From contig JBLDXI010000019.1 of NCBI GenBank assembly GCA_047495785.1, positions 3,224,001-3,288,000 on the forward strand: 64,000 nucleotides of DNA, read 5' to 3'. A program made the position numbers and the translations under genes. The DNA is from Lepidodermella squamata (lineage: Eukaryota; Animalia; Gastrotricha). Positions 28,937 to 41,100 of the stretch are shown piece by piece. Position 1 is the first letter of the stretch. Every line of letters starts with the position of its first letter. The notes below the pieces were generated by a model. It was given only the letters and a program-made list of their open reading frames with translations. It ran no database searches and had not been told where the DNA came from.

Positions 28937-30174
28937 TCACTCAACAGAAGATATGCGGCCAGGTCGAAAATGGAATACCAACAAGAGTTTGTCGATTTTC
29001 GGCTTCATATAATTTGCGTAAAAACCCGGTTTGACTGTTCGAATCGCTGGGCCTATCGAGGCCTCGAACATGTATAGTAAGACCAAAGCTTGGTAAACAT
29101 CAGCTGTCAGCAATCTTGGTCCGAAATCCTCGAAGAATACTTGAAGAATGAAAGCTATTAGAACAGGAAATCGAGCTACGGTGTAAGCGAATAGGGATAG
29201 AAGCGACTGCTTTGCAAAGAATAACTCCCGAACTTGCCAATCTTGCATGATGTTGTTGACTCGGCCTGTTGAGTTGCTGCTCTCTGCAAGCTTGGAATTA
29301 TCAGCGAACCGGAGCTTGAAAGATCTGAACTTTTTGAATAAGATTACCCTGAAAAATTATGGTGTTCATGATCGCAAGATGTCCAATGGTTGATGCTTAC
29401 CAGTAATTAGTTCCGATTACTACGCCCGGTAAGCCAGTTGCCACCCCATAGAAGACCAGAATCAAAATAGCGGTGTCGTAGTCACCAATGCGGTAGCCGA
29501 ACCCTGCGCAAAGTGAGATCGCAGTTCCGTTGTTGATACCAGGTACGACAATCAATTGTGCACTAGGCGCATTGAAGGGATAGAAGAAAACTAGCGACCA
29601 CATGATGCTGACGAAGATCACCCCAACGATAGCCAGTAAAATCACCTTAGAAGTAGCGGCTAAAAAATCAATCATAACAAAATAAGAAAAGGTCTCTTAC
29701 TCGCTTGGAATTGGCTGTTGAATACGCATCTGCCATTAAGCACATTCTTCGCTCGTAACTGATGAGCATATACAACCAGGGTTGAACCGACCCATTTACG
29801 AACATAAAGTATTGAAGCAAAGTGCAGCTCAGTGAATCTGCAGCCCAAAAGCCGGTTCGAAGGCCGAGCGCCAGCAGTATAACATACAAAATCGCGACTA
29901 TGGCGTTAGTCACTAATTGTAGCGCGTTCAACACTAAGAAATCGTGGCGGACCGATCTTTTGTAATAAATGAGAATGTTCCAGAAACATGCCAAAGTTAC
30001 AAGGAGGGCTGACACGGCATAGATGATGAAAAGGGATAGTCGGGATTCGAGGGTTGTTTTGCCTAGATCGTGATACCAACCGATAAAGAAAGGCCGGAGG
30101 TATGGAAATCCGCGATCTGACAGATTCGCTAGAACCCAAGACTTTCCGATAGTATCGTAGGCTGAGTAATTCAT
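28937..30174 (-). CDS. Divergent rhodopsin-like (class A) GPCR, apparently intact (3 exons)
   Basis: Seven hydrophobic segments across ORFs 29668-30174, 29397-29675 and 28937-29248. SYERR sits at the DRY position and a Cys precedes TM3. Intron positions match the paralogue at 33781. Confidence 0.75.
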
Positions 30175-31478
30175 GTTTAAAAAATTGATCCAAGGTCACA
30201 CTGACCAAGTTCTGTGGAGTTGCTAAACCCTTATCCCATTCGTGGACATTATCGATTCGGCAATGCTCCTTTTCACATGATTCTATTACTGAGATGCGAC
30301 GACGTTTTGCATTCGTAATAAGAAGAATGCACAAGAAACTCGAACCGGGCAGTTAATTTGCTGAGATGCGTAAATCCGAGTCCACACAAATTCTTCCTCG
30401 ATCTGATGGTACTTCATGAACGCAAAATACAAATGGCTTGCAAAGCTTTTGCTAGGTCGGAAAGACACTAGCGAAAAGGCACGAAACGATAGCTACTACT
30501 AGTAAACATTTGCGCGAAAAATTACCCATACAACATTGTAATTGAAAAAGTTGACAGCTATGGAGAAATTCAAGAAAGCATCATTTAAATCAGAATTTAG
30601 ATGCAATTTCTTGGCTGATTTAAGTGAGAGGATAGTTAGGATTTACAACTTAAATCGCAAGACATCTTATGAATAGCACAGGAGCACAGCTATCCTGTTG
30701 GTATTTCTATTCCAACTAAAATAAAACCTCTTAACCGATAACTTGACCAAAATACTCGTATATTTATTCAATTTACAAATTGGCAGATGTTTCTGTATAT
30801 GTAAATCGTAATCGTATCCAATCGTAATTTTTTTCGATATTTTTTCGAAAGGTTTAGCTACGAAATTTCAGAGAGTTCAGAGTCGAGACATGTTGGCGTC
30901 GGAACGTTGGACTCGGTCATAATCAACGAATCGGCGGCATAGTTTTTCTTCTTCCAGTTTCAGGTTTCAGCTCGCTGGTTCAGTGGTTGATGCCTTTCCT
31001 TGTTGGTCGTTTTGTCAAATGTTTACATGAGAATGGTCCCTTTATGGCCGCAACGTCGCAACTACGGTATAAAATCGACCCGAAATAGGGAGAAAAAACT
31101 ACCTGAACTACGTCGCAAATTTAATTATTAATTTGTGCGGAGCCGTATAAGAATAATTAGGTAAATTCTCGGGAGCCTAATGATAGCTATGCTCCTTTAA
31201 GATGAGCAGTTTTTTCGTTCATGCATATGCGTTATGAGAGCCATGAGCTGGTGCCAACAGAGCAAAACAGAAGCTGAACAAACTATTTCCAAATTTCGAA
31301 GCATTTTTCTATTATATTTTTTGTTATTCTAGGCGCCAAATTATACCACGCATGCACTGACGACAAAACTGCTCAACGAAAGGAGCATATCAGTCCCCGT
31401 CATTATTCCTATTTTCACTTTCGAGCATTTACTGTTATTACGTCTCTGCTATTACTCTTCTTATTACGTCCTCGCACA

Positions 31479-31749
31479 ATGCTGAAATTCTTCGCGATCT
31501 TCGCCCTTCTTGTAGGTTCTACACAGCACTGTTTTCGGGATTTTCGCTATGATATCGCTTTTGCAGGTTTCATCCGCCGTAATAGCTCAAGCTGAGTTCA
31601 GTGGCGATGGGCCCGTAGCGCAGCCGAGCAGCCGCAGTGCTGAAGAACCGCTGGAAGAGGCAGGAAGAGGCACATCGTGCTCCTCTGGTAAAGTTTACGT
31701 TTGTTTCAGCAGTGGTTGCGGCTGTATTTCTTCCTCTTCCGGGAAATGA
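31479..31749 (+). CDS. Tiny Cys-rich prepropeptide (toxin/AMP/neuropeptide-like; intron 31512-31566)
   Basis: Spliced product is MLKFFAIFALL|VSSAVIAQA (signal), an acidic propeptide ending EEAGR, then GTSCSSGKVYVCFSSGCGCISSSS-GK* (4 Cys, GK amidation signal). Confidence 0.75.
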
Positions 31750-32113
31750 GTTAACAGCGACCAAATTTATGAAATGGCTGATGAGTAATCGGCGATTATT
31801 GGCAGCAATTTTTGATCCTTTATCATTGTAACAGATTATATTTGAAAATCATGAAAAGACACATTTAGTCTTTTAGCTTGAGTAGTGAAAACATTGATGC
31901 CACCTAGAAATTCTAAGATTGCCTTTGATTGATCAAATAGTACCCAGTAATAAAGTCATCGGTTAAATTTTGACTGGATTTGGTTTGGTTTTGTTTTATA
32001 AAAAACTCGGGCTGAAAAGCTTTCTCTGAGCTGTATCGCCCTTCTATTAAGTGGAGCTCAAATGAAAACAGTGTGAAATCAAAACATTTGTGAAAACCGC
32101 TGACAGCAAAGTG

Positions 32114-32298
32114 ATATCGTTAGCGGCGCGCCAAAACAACCACTTAGATGATTCATTCGATCGTACTTGAAGTCGCCGAACGTAATGATAAAGTACGATA
32201 GGCCATTTGAGCACTGATTTTTTTCTACTCTCGATCGTACTATCCATATAAAATCTATAAATAGTAAAGTGGTTGTTTTGGCGCGCCGCTAACGATAT
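32114..32298. mobile_element. 185-bp MITE-like element with perfect 32-bp inverted ends
   Basis: ATATCGTTAGCGGCGCGCCAAAACAACCACTT (32114-32145) is the exact reverse complement of 32267-32298. The terminal ATAT could be the TSD. Confidence 0.65.
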
Positions 32299-32334
32299 AG
32301 TAAGTGAGTGTTACCTGAGCTCTCAGAGGAAGAA

Positions 32335-33270
32335 TGTGGAATCTCGAATGCCGATGTTTATTCTGTTGGTCGTCACAACAATTCTAGCAACTGCCGCAAG
32401 CATGAGGAACTCGGTGGTTTATTACAAGTGAGGAGTTCGCCGGGACTTTATCGTGCTGATTTCGGCTTTAGAATTCGAATTCGCTGCTAGCCGTAGTCTA
32501 TCCGCTTTTGTTTGAACTCGACCTGAAGACCGGATTTTGGCACCAGGCGCTTGTTCTTTTCTTCAGTTTAGCGCACTAGTGTTCACTGATTCAATGACTG
32601 TATATGCTTAAAAGCTGCGAGAGAAGAATCTGTCTGGCATCTGACGGACAAGCTCGATCACTGAATTCGAAAAAAGTAAACTCCTTTCCTTTTAAAATAA
32701 GTGTTAAAATGTTTGATATACTGCAGATCATGACTGCAGATTGTGCTTGCTACCATTGCTGGTGTAGTCATAATATGTTCTTATTCGGTCAACGCTGTAC
32801 TTTTATCCATTCCAAGCGTATTCGCAGCTATACATTGTTGCGCCAGGGTTGAACAGCAGCTCAGCCAATGGCCTGTGTCGCGTGTTTGGAATTCTTCTGG
32901 GGGATTATGATACAACTCTTTTACTTGCTGAATACTAATCGGAGACTGTAGTCGTCGGAGTCCTTGGCTACCTCGTATTCTACAATCATTAGCAAAGGGA
33001 TTTTTCCTTATTTTTCAGTCTTAACACCCTATTGCAGGGTCATTTTCAGATCATTAAAGCGAAGAACGACTAGCTGGGGTAGGCTTGGCCCCAGAATCTC
33101 CGATGTCAGATCTTCGAGCTCATTGGGTGGTACCCTCAGTGCCATTCAAGAGAGAAGGAAGGTGCGCGAGCTGTTCTTTGTGAAGCGCAAACCTTTATCC
33201 CGCTGCCGCTATACTTCACAGCCCGTTTTCCTGTTATCGCCGTGCACCACTTTCCGAATATTTACATGAC
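32335..33270 (+). pseudogene. Decayed GPCR paralogue
   Basis: Remnants ESRMPMF, NSVVYYK*GVRRDFIVLISAL, GDYDTT and VRELFFVK match the neighbouring GPCRs but contain stops and frameshifts. Confidence 0.7.
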
Positions 33271-33780
33271 GTCCAATTTTGATTCTGTACGCAGTAAATC
33301 AGTACTTTGTTTCTTCGTTTTATCAGCCGCCTTCTTTTAACAGCTTTCAACTGAAAAACGACCAACTAACCTTTAGGGTGTCCCAATCTCTTAATTTCCA
33401 TGCTGTCATACCCATACAATTTGGCGAGTCGTAGGCCAGTCGCAGTTCGAAACTTCACGTTCCGCAAGCTCATTAGCTATATCAAATTTGGCGTTGCCGA
33501 ATATCGATTCCCAAAGGTATGGAATTGCATGGGAGAGGAGAATATGAGTCGTAGTGAGTAGTGATGATTACAAGCTCACTACGAAAGTTCTATGCTTCGA
33601 AAGTTCAATAAAGTTCAGTGAAGTTAGTTAGCTTGTTAGTAGCATTTCGAAACGTTGCATCGGTTGAAAACATCGCAGATTACATTATGAACTTGATATG
33701 TAAGCGCGATCTTGCAATTACGTACTTCATCATTCGAAGCGCAAATGCAATATTATAAAGAAAAAGTACAGCCATAAGAA

Positions 33781-34718
33781 ATGAATATCTCTCTGAGTAC
33801 ATCGTGGATTATGGCAAACATTTCTAGCAATGGCGATGATAAGCCTAGGCCTTATTTCATCGGCTGGTATACCGATCTGGGACGCACCACGATCGAGTCC
33901 CGGCTGCCGTTTTTTCTAGCCTATACAGTAGCATCTTTACTTGCTATTGTCGCCAGCGTTTGGAACTCCGTTGTCTACTACAAAAGAAGAGTCCGTCGCG
34001 ATTTCTTGATCTTGATTTCTCTCCTCGGAGGCGCAAATTCAATTTTTGCAGTTATTTACACAATATTAATCGGACTTCACCTGAAGTCAGGTTCTTGGCA
34101 AGATGGAAGCGCTGAAACTTGCTTAGTTTTGCAATTTCTCATGTATCTCATCGGCTCCAATGCGCCCTGGCTGTTCATGCTAATCACCTATGAAAGGCGG
34201 CTGTGTCTCATGTCAGATGGACGCGCTTCTTCAGCAAATTCAAAACGCGTAAGAACCTCAACATTTTATATGATAAATTTCCTAATCATAATAACAAAGC
34301 AGGTAGCCCTTCTCGCCGTATGCGGACTCTTTTTAAGCAGCCTGCTTTGGTCAACAATATTTTTCTACCCGATGAAGGCATTCAGTTTGCAGCATATCAC
34401 AGTTCCCGGAATCAGCAATGGATCGAGCATAGCGCTGTGCTCTAGCTTCGGCTATAGACTGGGGAACTACGACACAACCGTGCTTAATCTCGTCTACTAC
34501 ACTATCACAATGGGTATTCCAGGGTTCCTTATCGCAAAAAATAACTGGTAAGCAAAAGGAATTCCCCATTGCAAAAAACGTTATAGCTCCTGCCAATTAA
34601 TTCACAGGATAATTTTCAAAAAGTTTCGATCCTTCAAACGGCGCTTCAATGATAGCCCAAATGCCGATGCAGCTGGCATCAAAACTACTGCGACAGCGAG
34701 CGCTGTTCGAAATATGTA
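33781..34718 (+). pseudogene. GPCR paralogue, 5' part (TM1-TM5), truncated by the Polinton insertion
   Basis: Exons 33781-34248, 34303-34547 and 34608 onward; TYERR motif. The frame runs ...AVRNM into TAA, created by the TSD plus the first base of the element. Confidence 0.85.
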
Positions 34719-34803
34719 AGGAGGAAGTGTGAGGAGCTTAAAAAGAAACAACGTCAAAAGTTAATTTTAAATAATAAATTAGGACTCAAATTTTGGGTAC
34801 TTT
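34719..34803 (+). repeat. Left terminal inverted repeat (76 bp perfect; 85 bp with 1 mismatch)
   Basis: AGGAGGAAGTGTGAGGAGCTTAAAAAGAAACAACGTC... is the reverse complement of 56570-56654. Confidence 0.95.
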
Positions 34804-35232
34804 TCGAAGCTCAAATAACTAAAAATGACTAAAACAACGTCAAAAGTTAATTTTAAAATATAAAATCTGACTCGAAATTTTGGTACTTTTCGAAATCTGA
34901 AGCTCGAATAAAAAATGAGACTGGACTCAGGAATCGCGAACCGACCAAGCCAAGCAGTAAAAGGAAGATAGAATTTAGGTACTTTTAAATTCGAAATCAG
35001 CTAGGCTTATTATTATCTTAAAATTCATTGATTTCGCACCGAAAAAAGGCATTTTTTAATCAAATCTATCTTAAATTTAGAGAAGCTGGAGCAAGCTGGA
35101 GCCGATGTACCTGTACGCAAAAGAAAGGCCGAGAGACTCGAAAAAAAGCATGAAAAATCACCGTTTAATTTATTGGAGTAAATATTGAACCCGAACCTTT
35201 TTTAAAACATTGAATGAAATCGATTGATAAAA

Positions 35233-35964
35233 TCAATACAATAAAATCGAATCATCGACGAAGGAATCTGACAGAAGCTTAAAATCAATGGGAATGTTAT
35301 TTGCAAGTGATTCTAACAAAGATGATTCATTTTGAGACGGCGAAACGGCGAAAGCTGCGTCTTCGCCAGCCCAGGCGAGGAAATATTCGAACGGTGGTGA
35401 GTCGATGTCGATTGCGCTTAAGGTCGGCGTTGAAGATTGCAAAGGATTGGGCGAACAATCCGCGAGCGAGAATTCGGTGATTGAATCCTCGACGGAATCC
35501 TCGGGGTGAAACGTTGGGTATGGCGTTGGCTTGCGATTGGCGACGCAGCGGGTCGAGGTAGGCGAATTTGGAGGCGGTGAGGTAACACAAGGCGTTGAAG
35601 GTGAGTCGCAAACCTCAGACGGCCATGGAGACAACGTCATTGAAGAGCACGCCGAGATCGATCGGTCAGAAAGCGACGGTGATGGCGACGATTGAGACTC
35701 GCTTGACTCGGGAATGGACTCAACTGTTGGGTCGCCGAATGTTGTCAGAATTCGCGAGCGAAAGACGGGAGCCGACATGCTACCGCATCGAGGTTTAGTC
35801 GACTGCAGACGCCGAAGTGAGCAAGGTTGTTCAAAGCGACGGAGATTGTTGTTAGATGTCATTATTGCGCGTGAAAATGTGTATATATCAATTTCTAATG
35901 AGGTAAGGAATAGTGGCTCAACCGGTGTTAAATATGCGGGAGACGAATAAAAGTGTGAGCTCAT
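35233..35964 (-). CDS. Polinton left-arm Ser/Pro-rich, acidic-tailed protein of unknown function
   Basis: 243-codon ORF with many SP/TP sites and an acidic-hydrophobic C-terminus. The true start may be MTSNNN (about 35862), because a TATATA lies only about 6 nt before the first ATG. Confidence 0.55.
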   Translation of the reverse strand: MSSHFYSSPAYLTPVEPLFLTSLEIDIYTFSRAIMTSNNNLRRFEQPCSLRRLQSTKPRCGSMSAPVFRSRILTTFGDPTVESIPESSESQSSPSPSLSDRSISACSSMTLSPWPSEVCDSPSTPCVTSPPPNSPTSTRCVANRKPTPYPTFHPEDSVEDSITEFSLADCSPNPLQSSTPTLSAIDIDSPPFEYFLAWAGEDAAFAVSPSQNESSLLESLANNIPIDFKLLSDSFVDDSILLY

Positions 35965-37032
35965 CGGTGTATATAGCGCGCGCTTACTTCATCACACGAT
36001 CTTTAAACACCTTGCGCAATTTGCGACTTGCGCGAGATGAGCTGACTATCTGAGTCGGAGGAAAAATACGGTTGAGAATAGAGATGCGACGAAACGCCGG
36101 CGCTTCTCGGCTGGTACTGGGTAAAAATGTCAATTTTCGAGCTATGTTTATTAAAACTATCACTTTAAAGTGTGAGGCACGGGAGTTCAACCGGGCGATA
36201 GCATCTCTGAAAAAGGAAGTGTGAGTAAAAACTTCGGTGTTTTTCATCTTTTCCAAATAAATACCCTCATATTCGTCTCATTTCAATCCATTACTCATAT
36301 TTACGCGGTTTAAAGTTATATGTTTCCTCAATCGTTCGGCACTGTGTTGAGCTTCAACGAGCAATCTGCTCAGCCATCGCAAGCCCAGGCGCAAGTAGTC
36401 CAACAGGTACACAATTTATTCGATTTTTGAAATCAGCTGTTTTTTTCAGTCAGCTGTGATGAGTGCGCGCGCATCGTTTGTCCTCGAATATGTTGCGCAA
36501 TATGCGTCATATTCGATGACTTACGGCGCACGCGTCTCGTACACAAAAGCTATTATAACAATAGAATTTTATCGCACTCATAATTACAACAACAATAGCA
36601 GGTATTTGTATGCTATAACAAGAATTAAATGTTCATATCTGAAGCGCGTTAATCGAGATTTACGAATCGGAAGGAGTCTTAAAGACGACTGGAGATGAGT
36701 AAATCAAGATCGACAAGTTCAAATATGAAATATTTACGACTTTTATATCGTATGAATTGGTACTATTCCAGGGCCGAGCCGGGTTTAGCGATAATTTTCG
36801 TCGGGTCAGGGCTCTAGATTTCGTCCCGCGGTCAACTCGATCTATATACTGCGAGCGTAGTAATTTTCGTGATATATTTAAAGTCGCGGCCGATCGATTT
36901 CGGCTGATCGGCGGGTAATTTGACTTTTGTCAAACCGAGAAAACCGCGATAATAAATCTAAACTAAAATTACTACGCCTGCAGTATTATTGAGCAAAATT
37001 CCAATTCCAATTTTATATGATTTAAGGGTGAG

Positions 37033-37581
37033 TTGCCGCGGAGATCACTCGAGTCACAGGCGAAAACTCTCGATCGAATTGTGAGCTTTGTATCATCACC
37101 GGCGTACAAGGGCATTCGCTATCGAGCTGTTGGTGATAACACTCACGTCTTTTTCTTGGGTAAAACAACTACTGCGGGAAGAGCAAGCACCACCCTGCCG
37201 ACTATTGAAAAAGGTCTGTTCATGACCTTGGGTGAATGTCAGCAAATCTATCACGGGTTTCTCAGCAACGCGACCTGGCTCACTTCATTGCGAACAGCAA
37301 TTCAAACAGCGGTAAATGAGAAGGAAAATGGGAAGAGTTACACTTATGACGCAATTACGCAGTCAAACAATAGCGCGATCGAAACGGCAACCACACCTAT
37401 TTGTGGCGATATTCGATGGTCACTTTTCCTCCCAAGTAAAAGCAAAAATGTTTTTGTTGACATCCGCCGGTTCAAAACCTACACTGATAATAAGTCAATA
37501 GCACTTCGAGATGGGACGGCTATTCCAGTATCATTTTTTTCCGAAGTGGAATTTGTATTGAAACAAATGTTGGATATTTAA
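37033..37581 (+). CDS. PC4/Sub1-like ssDNA-binding protein (probably two PC4-type repeats); 5' end unresolved
   Basis: KNVFVDIRRF...RDGTAIP resembles the PC4 (L/I)DIRE(Y/F)...KGI-x-L signature. LPTIEKGLFMTLGEC is a second degenerate copy. An in-frame acceptor TTTAAG ends at 37026. Confidence 0.55.
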   Translation: MPRRSLESQAKTLDRIVSFVSSPAYKGIRYRAVGDNTHVFFLGKTTTAGRASTTLPTIEKGLFMTLGECQQIYHGFLSNATWLTSLRTAIQTAVNEKENGKSYTYDAITQSNNSAIETATTPICGDIRWSLFLPSKSKNVFVDIRRFKTYTDNKSIALRDGTAIPVSFFSEVEFVLKQMLDI

Positions 37582-38134
37582 CAAAAATAATTCGGCAAAA
37601 TATCTCTAGAAACAAATTCTTTAAAAAAATGTTGAAAAAAATCGAACAATATAAAATTTGAAAAAAAAATTGAAAAAATTAAAATTTGAAAAAATTAAAA
37701 AAAATTAAAATTTGAAAAAATTAAAAAATAAGAGCGATCCAATAGTGAAGTGAAACTCATCTTTCTTCCTAATAATTGTATACAAATTATGAAACTGTAC
37801 AGAAAAATTGACGTGAAATTCAACCCAATTTATTGTTTATAATTATTGACAAGTCGTGAGCACTTTGAATCGAAATTGTATCGGTTCGAATTCCAGTGTT
37901 TATCTTGGATAAATTAGTAAAAATCAAATTAATCAAAAAATGTTTTTCATTATTAGGAATTTTTAATTTGAAAAAATTCCTGGAAAAAATCAGCAAAAAG
38001 AAACCACCAATCGCAAGGTAACAATTACTAAACGATGATTGATGCGTTAAAAATGTTCTTCTTTCAAACAGGTCTCAGAGGTAAGTTGAAGTAGAAAGAG
38101 TAATTGGTGATAAAGAAATTTCTTCTAAAATAGC

Positions 38135-41100
38135 ATGTCTGAAGATTTCGAAATCGTCCGCGATGAAACCATAAGTCAGAGATATAACCTATCAACTTAT
38201 GAAATTAGAGTTCAAACCGGGCAAGGTTCAGAAAATGATACCCTGACTCAATTTTCGCGGCTCCAGGAGACTTTTGATAGTATCGTATCTAGGTTAAAAT
38301 CAAAGTTTCATATCGATTCGATGTGTCGAATAACGCTATTTAATTCAGAATTAGCTTATCCTATCTCGCTCGGTTATTACCGACTGGGAAGCTTGAGCGG
38401 AAATACGATTACCGCTAATGTAGAACGCGTTGCTCAATCTAAGGAGAGTTTAAAATTAGCCAAAAATTGGCGAGTGGAAGCTACTATGGTCTTCCTCGAT
38501 AAGAAGGTCTATTTAGGCGCCGGACCTGTTAAACAACGACGTGAAATTCAGAACTCGGCTCTGAAATGGCTGGCGAATCTAAGCTCGTTCATACCTGTAA
38601 ATAACAGCGATGCATTATGCTTATTTCACGCTATCATTCTGGGCATCAGCCATGAAAAATATGCGTCTTACGTAGCTGACAAGAATCGGAATTTAATTAA
38701 ATATTTGGAAAATCCGCAGTTAGAGCAAGCCGGCTTAGAATTTCAATTTCTGAAAGAAGACAAGGTCCAGCTGCGAAAAAAAGCCAGACAGTTGTGCACT
38801 GAAGCTGGGTTCGACCCGGATTCTAAACAGTGCTGCTTTAGCGTTGATGATCTTCCTCAAATTATGCGTCTCTATCCTCAATATCAGGCTGTTGTGTTTT
38901 CCTTGCTAGAAGATCGGATAATTTTTGTTTGGCCTGATACGTCAGAATTCCAAGAGACCGAGCCAAAGCGGTTATATTTAATCTGGATATCTCCTAAAAT
39001 ACTAGCTTCTGAAGGCGCCACTATATACAATAATATAGGTCATTTCGCGGCTCTGAAAAACCTGCATCATGTTGGGCAAGGAAAGACTTATTGCAAGTTG
39101 TGCCTAGTTCCAGTAACAAGATCGAACCATAATTGTTTATTTCGTTGCTATGCATGTTTTCAGCGTGTGAAGCCCGCTCAAAAATTCAGTATAGGAGCAG
39201 CGAATATTATACCTAAACAACTAACTCGATGCTCAGACGATTTTTCCTTTAGTTGTTCAGAGTGCAATAGGTGTTTTTACAGCCTAAAATGCTATGAAAA
39301 TCATCTGAAATTCAAAATTTGTGAAAAATTCGTCCGTTGTAAAACATGTGGTGATGTAAAGAGTCGTAGTAAAATTGCGTTACATCACTGCCAAGGTCGA
39401 AAATGCCAGATTTGCAAGTCAGTTCTCGGACCTGATCACAAATGTTACTGGATCAGGCCCAAGCTGAAGCTCTCGCCAGTTCCAAATCGCGTTCTCTTTT
39501 TCGATACGGAATGTTTGATAATGGATAATGGCGAGTTTTACCCGAGCACAGTGATTGCTGAATTTGCATGTGATGCATGCCGCGATCTTGAAATTCGTCA
39601 ATATCCGATAAATGGGAGTAAAATTTGCGTAAACGGGTGCTCCCAATTGTTCTTCTACGACGAGTATAACGCGTTTTCAAATTTTATGGCTCACATCTGC
39701 CGTGAAGAATACAAGGATCTCACATGTATTTCGCATTACGGAGGTTAGGTTTTTCCTTTCATCATTTACTGGAAAAAAACTCGTGTTTTCAAGGGAAATT
39801 CGATACACTTTTCGCTTTGAGGTACGCACAAGATCACAATTTGAAGATCGAAACATGTGAGCGAGCGGGAAGAATCCTCGAGCTTAAAATCACTCGTGGT
39901 CCGCGGTATTTTTTTCACAATTTAAAGAAAAACATGGAAAATAAGAAATCGTTTTAGGTTCATTGATAGCTTCAATTATTTCCTTACGAAACTCTCATGT
40001 CTACCTGCTGCATTCGGTATAGAGGGGATAGAAAAGCTTTCATACCCTCACAAGTTGCACAAGCGAGAAAATCTTCACAAAATTTTCAGCGAATGGCCTG
40101 GTATTGAATTTTATGATACTAGTAACATGGAATCCAGTGAAATATCAAGTCTGGAACAATTCATCAGCCATAAGCGCGAAAACAATCAAAAGTTCGATTT
40201 CAAGTTGGAAACGTATCGATATTGCATGCAAGACACTGTAATTCTTCGGCTGGCGACGGGACGGTTTTTTAAACTAATTCAAAATCTATCGAAATGCGAG
40301 TACGCGCCAAATGGTATTGATTGCTTCAAATATCTAACATTGTCAGCGATTTCGCACATCATTTACCGTGTATGTGTATGAAAAAATAATGAAAAACCCC
40401 ATTAATTTCTTCTTTTCAGATAAAATTCATGCCGCAAAAATCTATCAGGATAATGAATCCGCAAGGTTTAGCCCTAAGAGATGTTGCAAGTCAAGAAGCA
40501 TTGCAGTGGCTTTACTATTATTCCAAAACTAATAATGTTGAGATAGAATCAGCACTGAACGGTAGTGAATGTCGACTAACCCTAAGCGATAAAACAATTC
40601 GTAAACCCGACGGGGTTGTTCGTAATCGGGCGACTGGGGAGGTTGAACGCGTCCTTGAGTATTACGGTTAGCGTTTTTTCGGAAAAATTAAGCCCAAGTT
40701 TTAAATCTGGTTTTTTCTAGGATGCGCCATTCACGGCCACCCAGCCTGCTTTCCAGAGAACCAATTTAATTTTTTGCTGCGAAAAACGTTCGGAGAGCTG
40801 GCATATGACACTGCAAAACGCGAGGAGCAGCTGAGACAAAATAATTATAAACTGACAACGATTTATGCTTGCGAGTTCAAATCAATGTTAGCGCGCAATC
40901 AGGAGCTAGCTAAAGCACTGGAGGCAGCTGTTTCCGTAATCCCGCCGATAAAGCCTCGATCAGCTTTGCTTGTGATAATTATTCAAAAATTACATTTTTA
41001 ATCATAATTTTTTTTTTTAATTGAAGGGCGGAAGGTGTGAAGTACACCGCTGTTTCTTCGAGAAAGATGCCAATACTAGCTTGTTTTACGTTGATATAAA

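Noticed and set aside
37620-37730. A-rich AAAATTTGAAAAAATT repeats between the PC4-like gene and pPolB
   Set aside because: Simple low-complexity sequence like that in host introns; no function can be supported.
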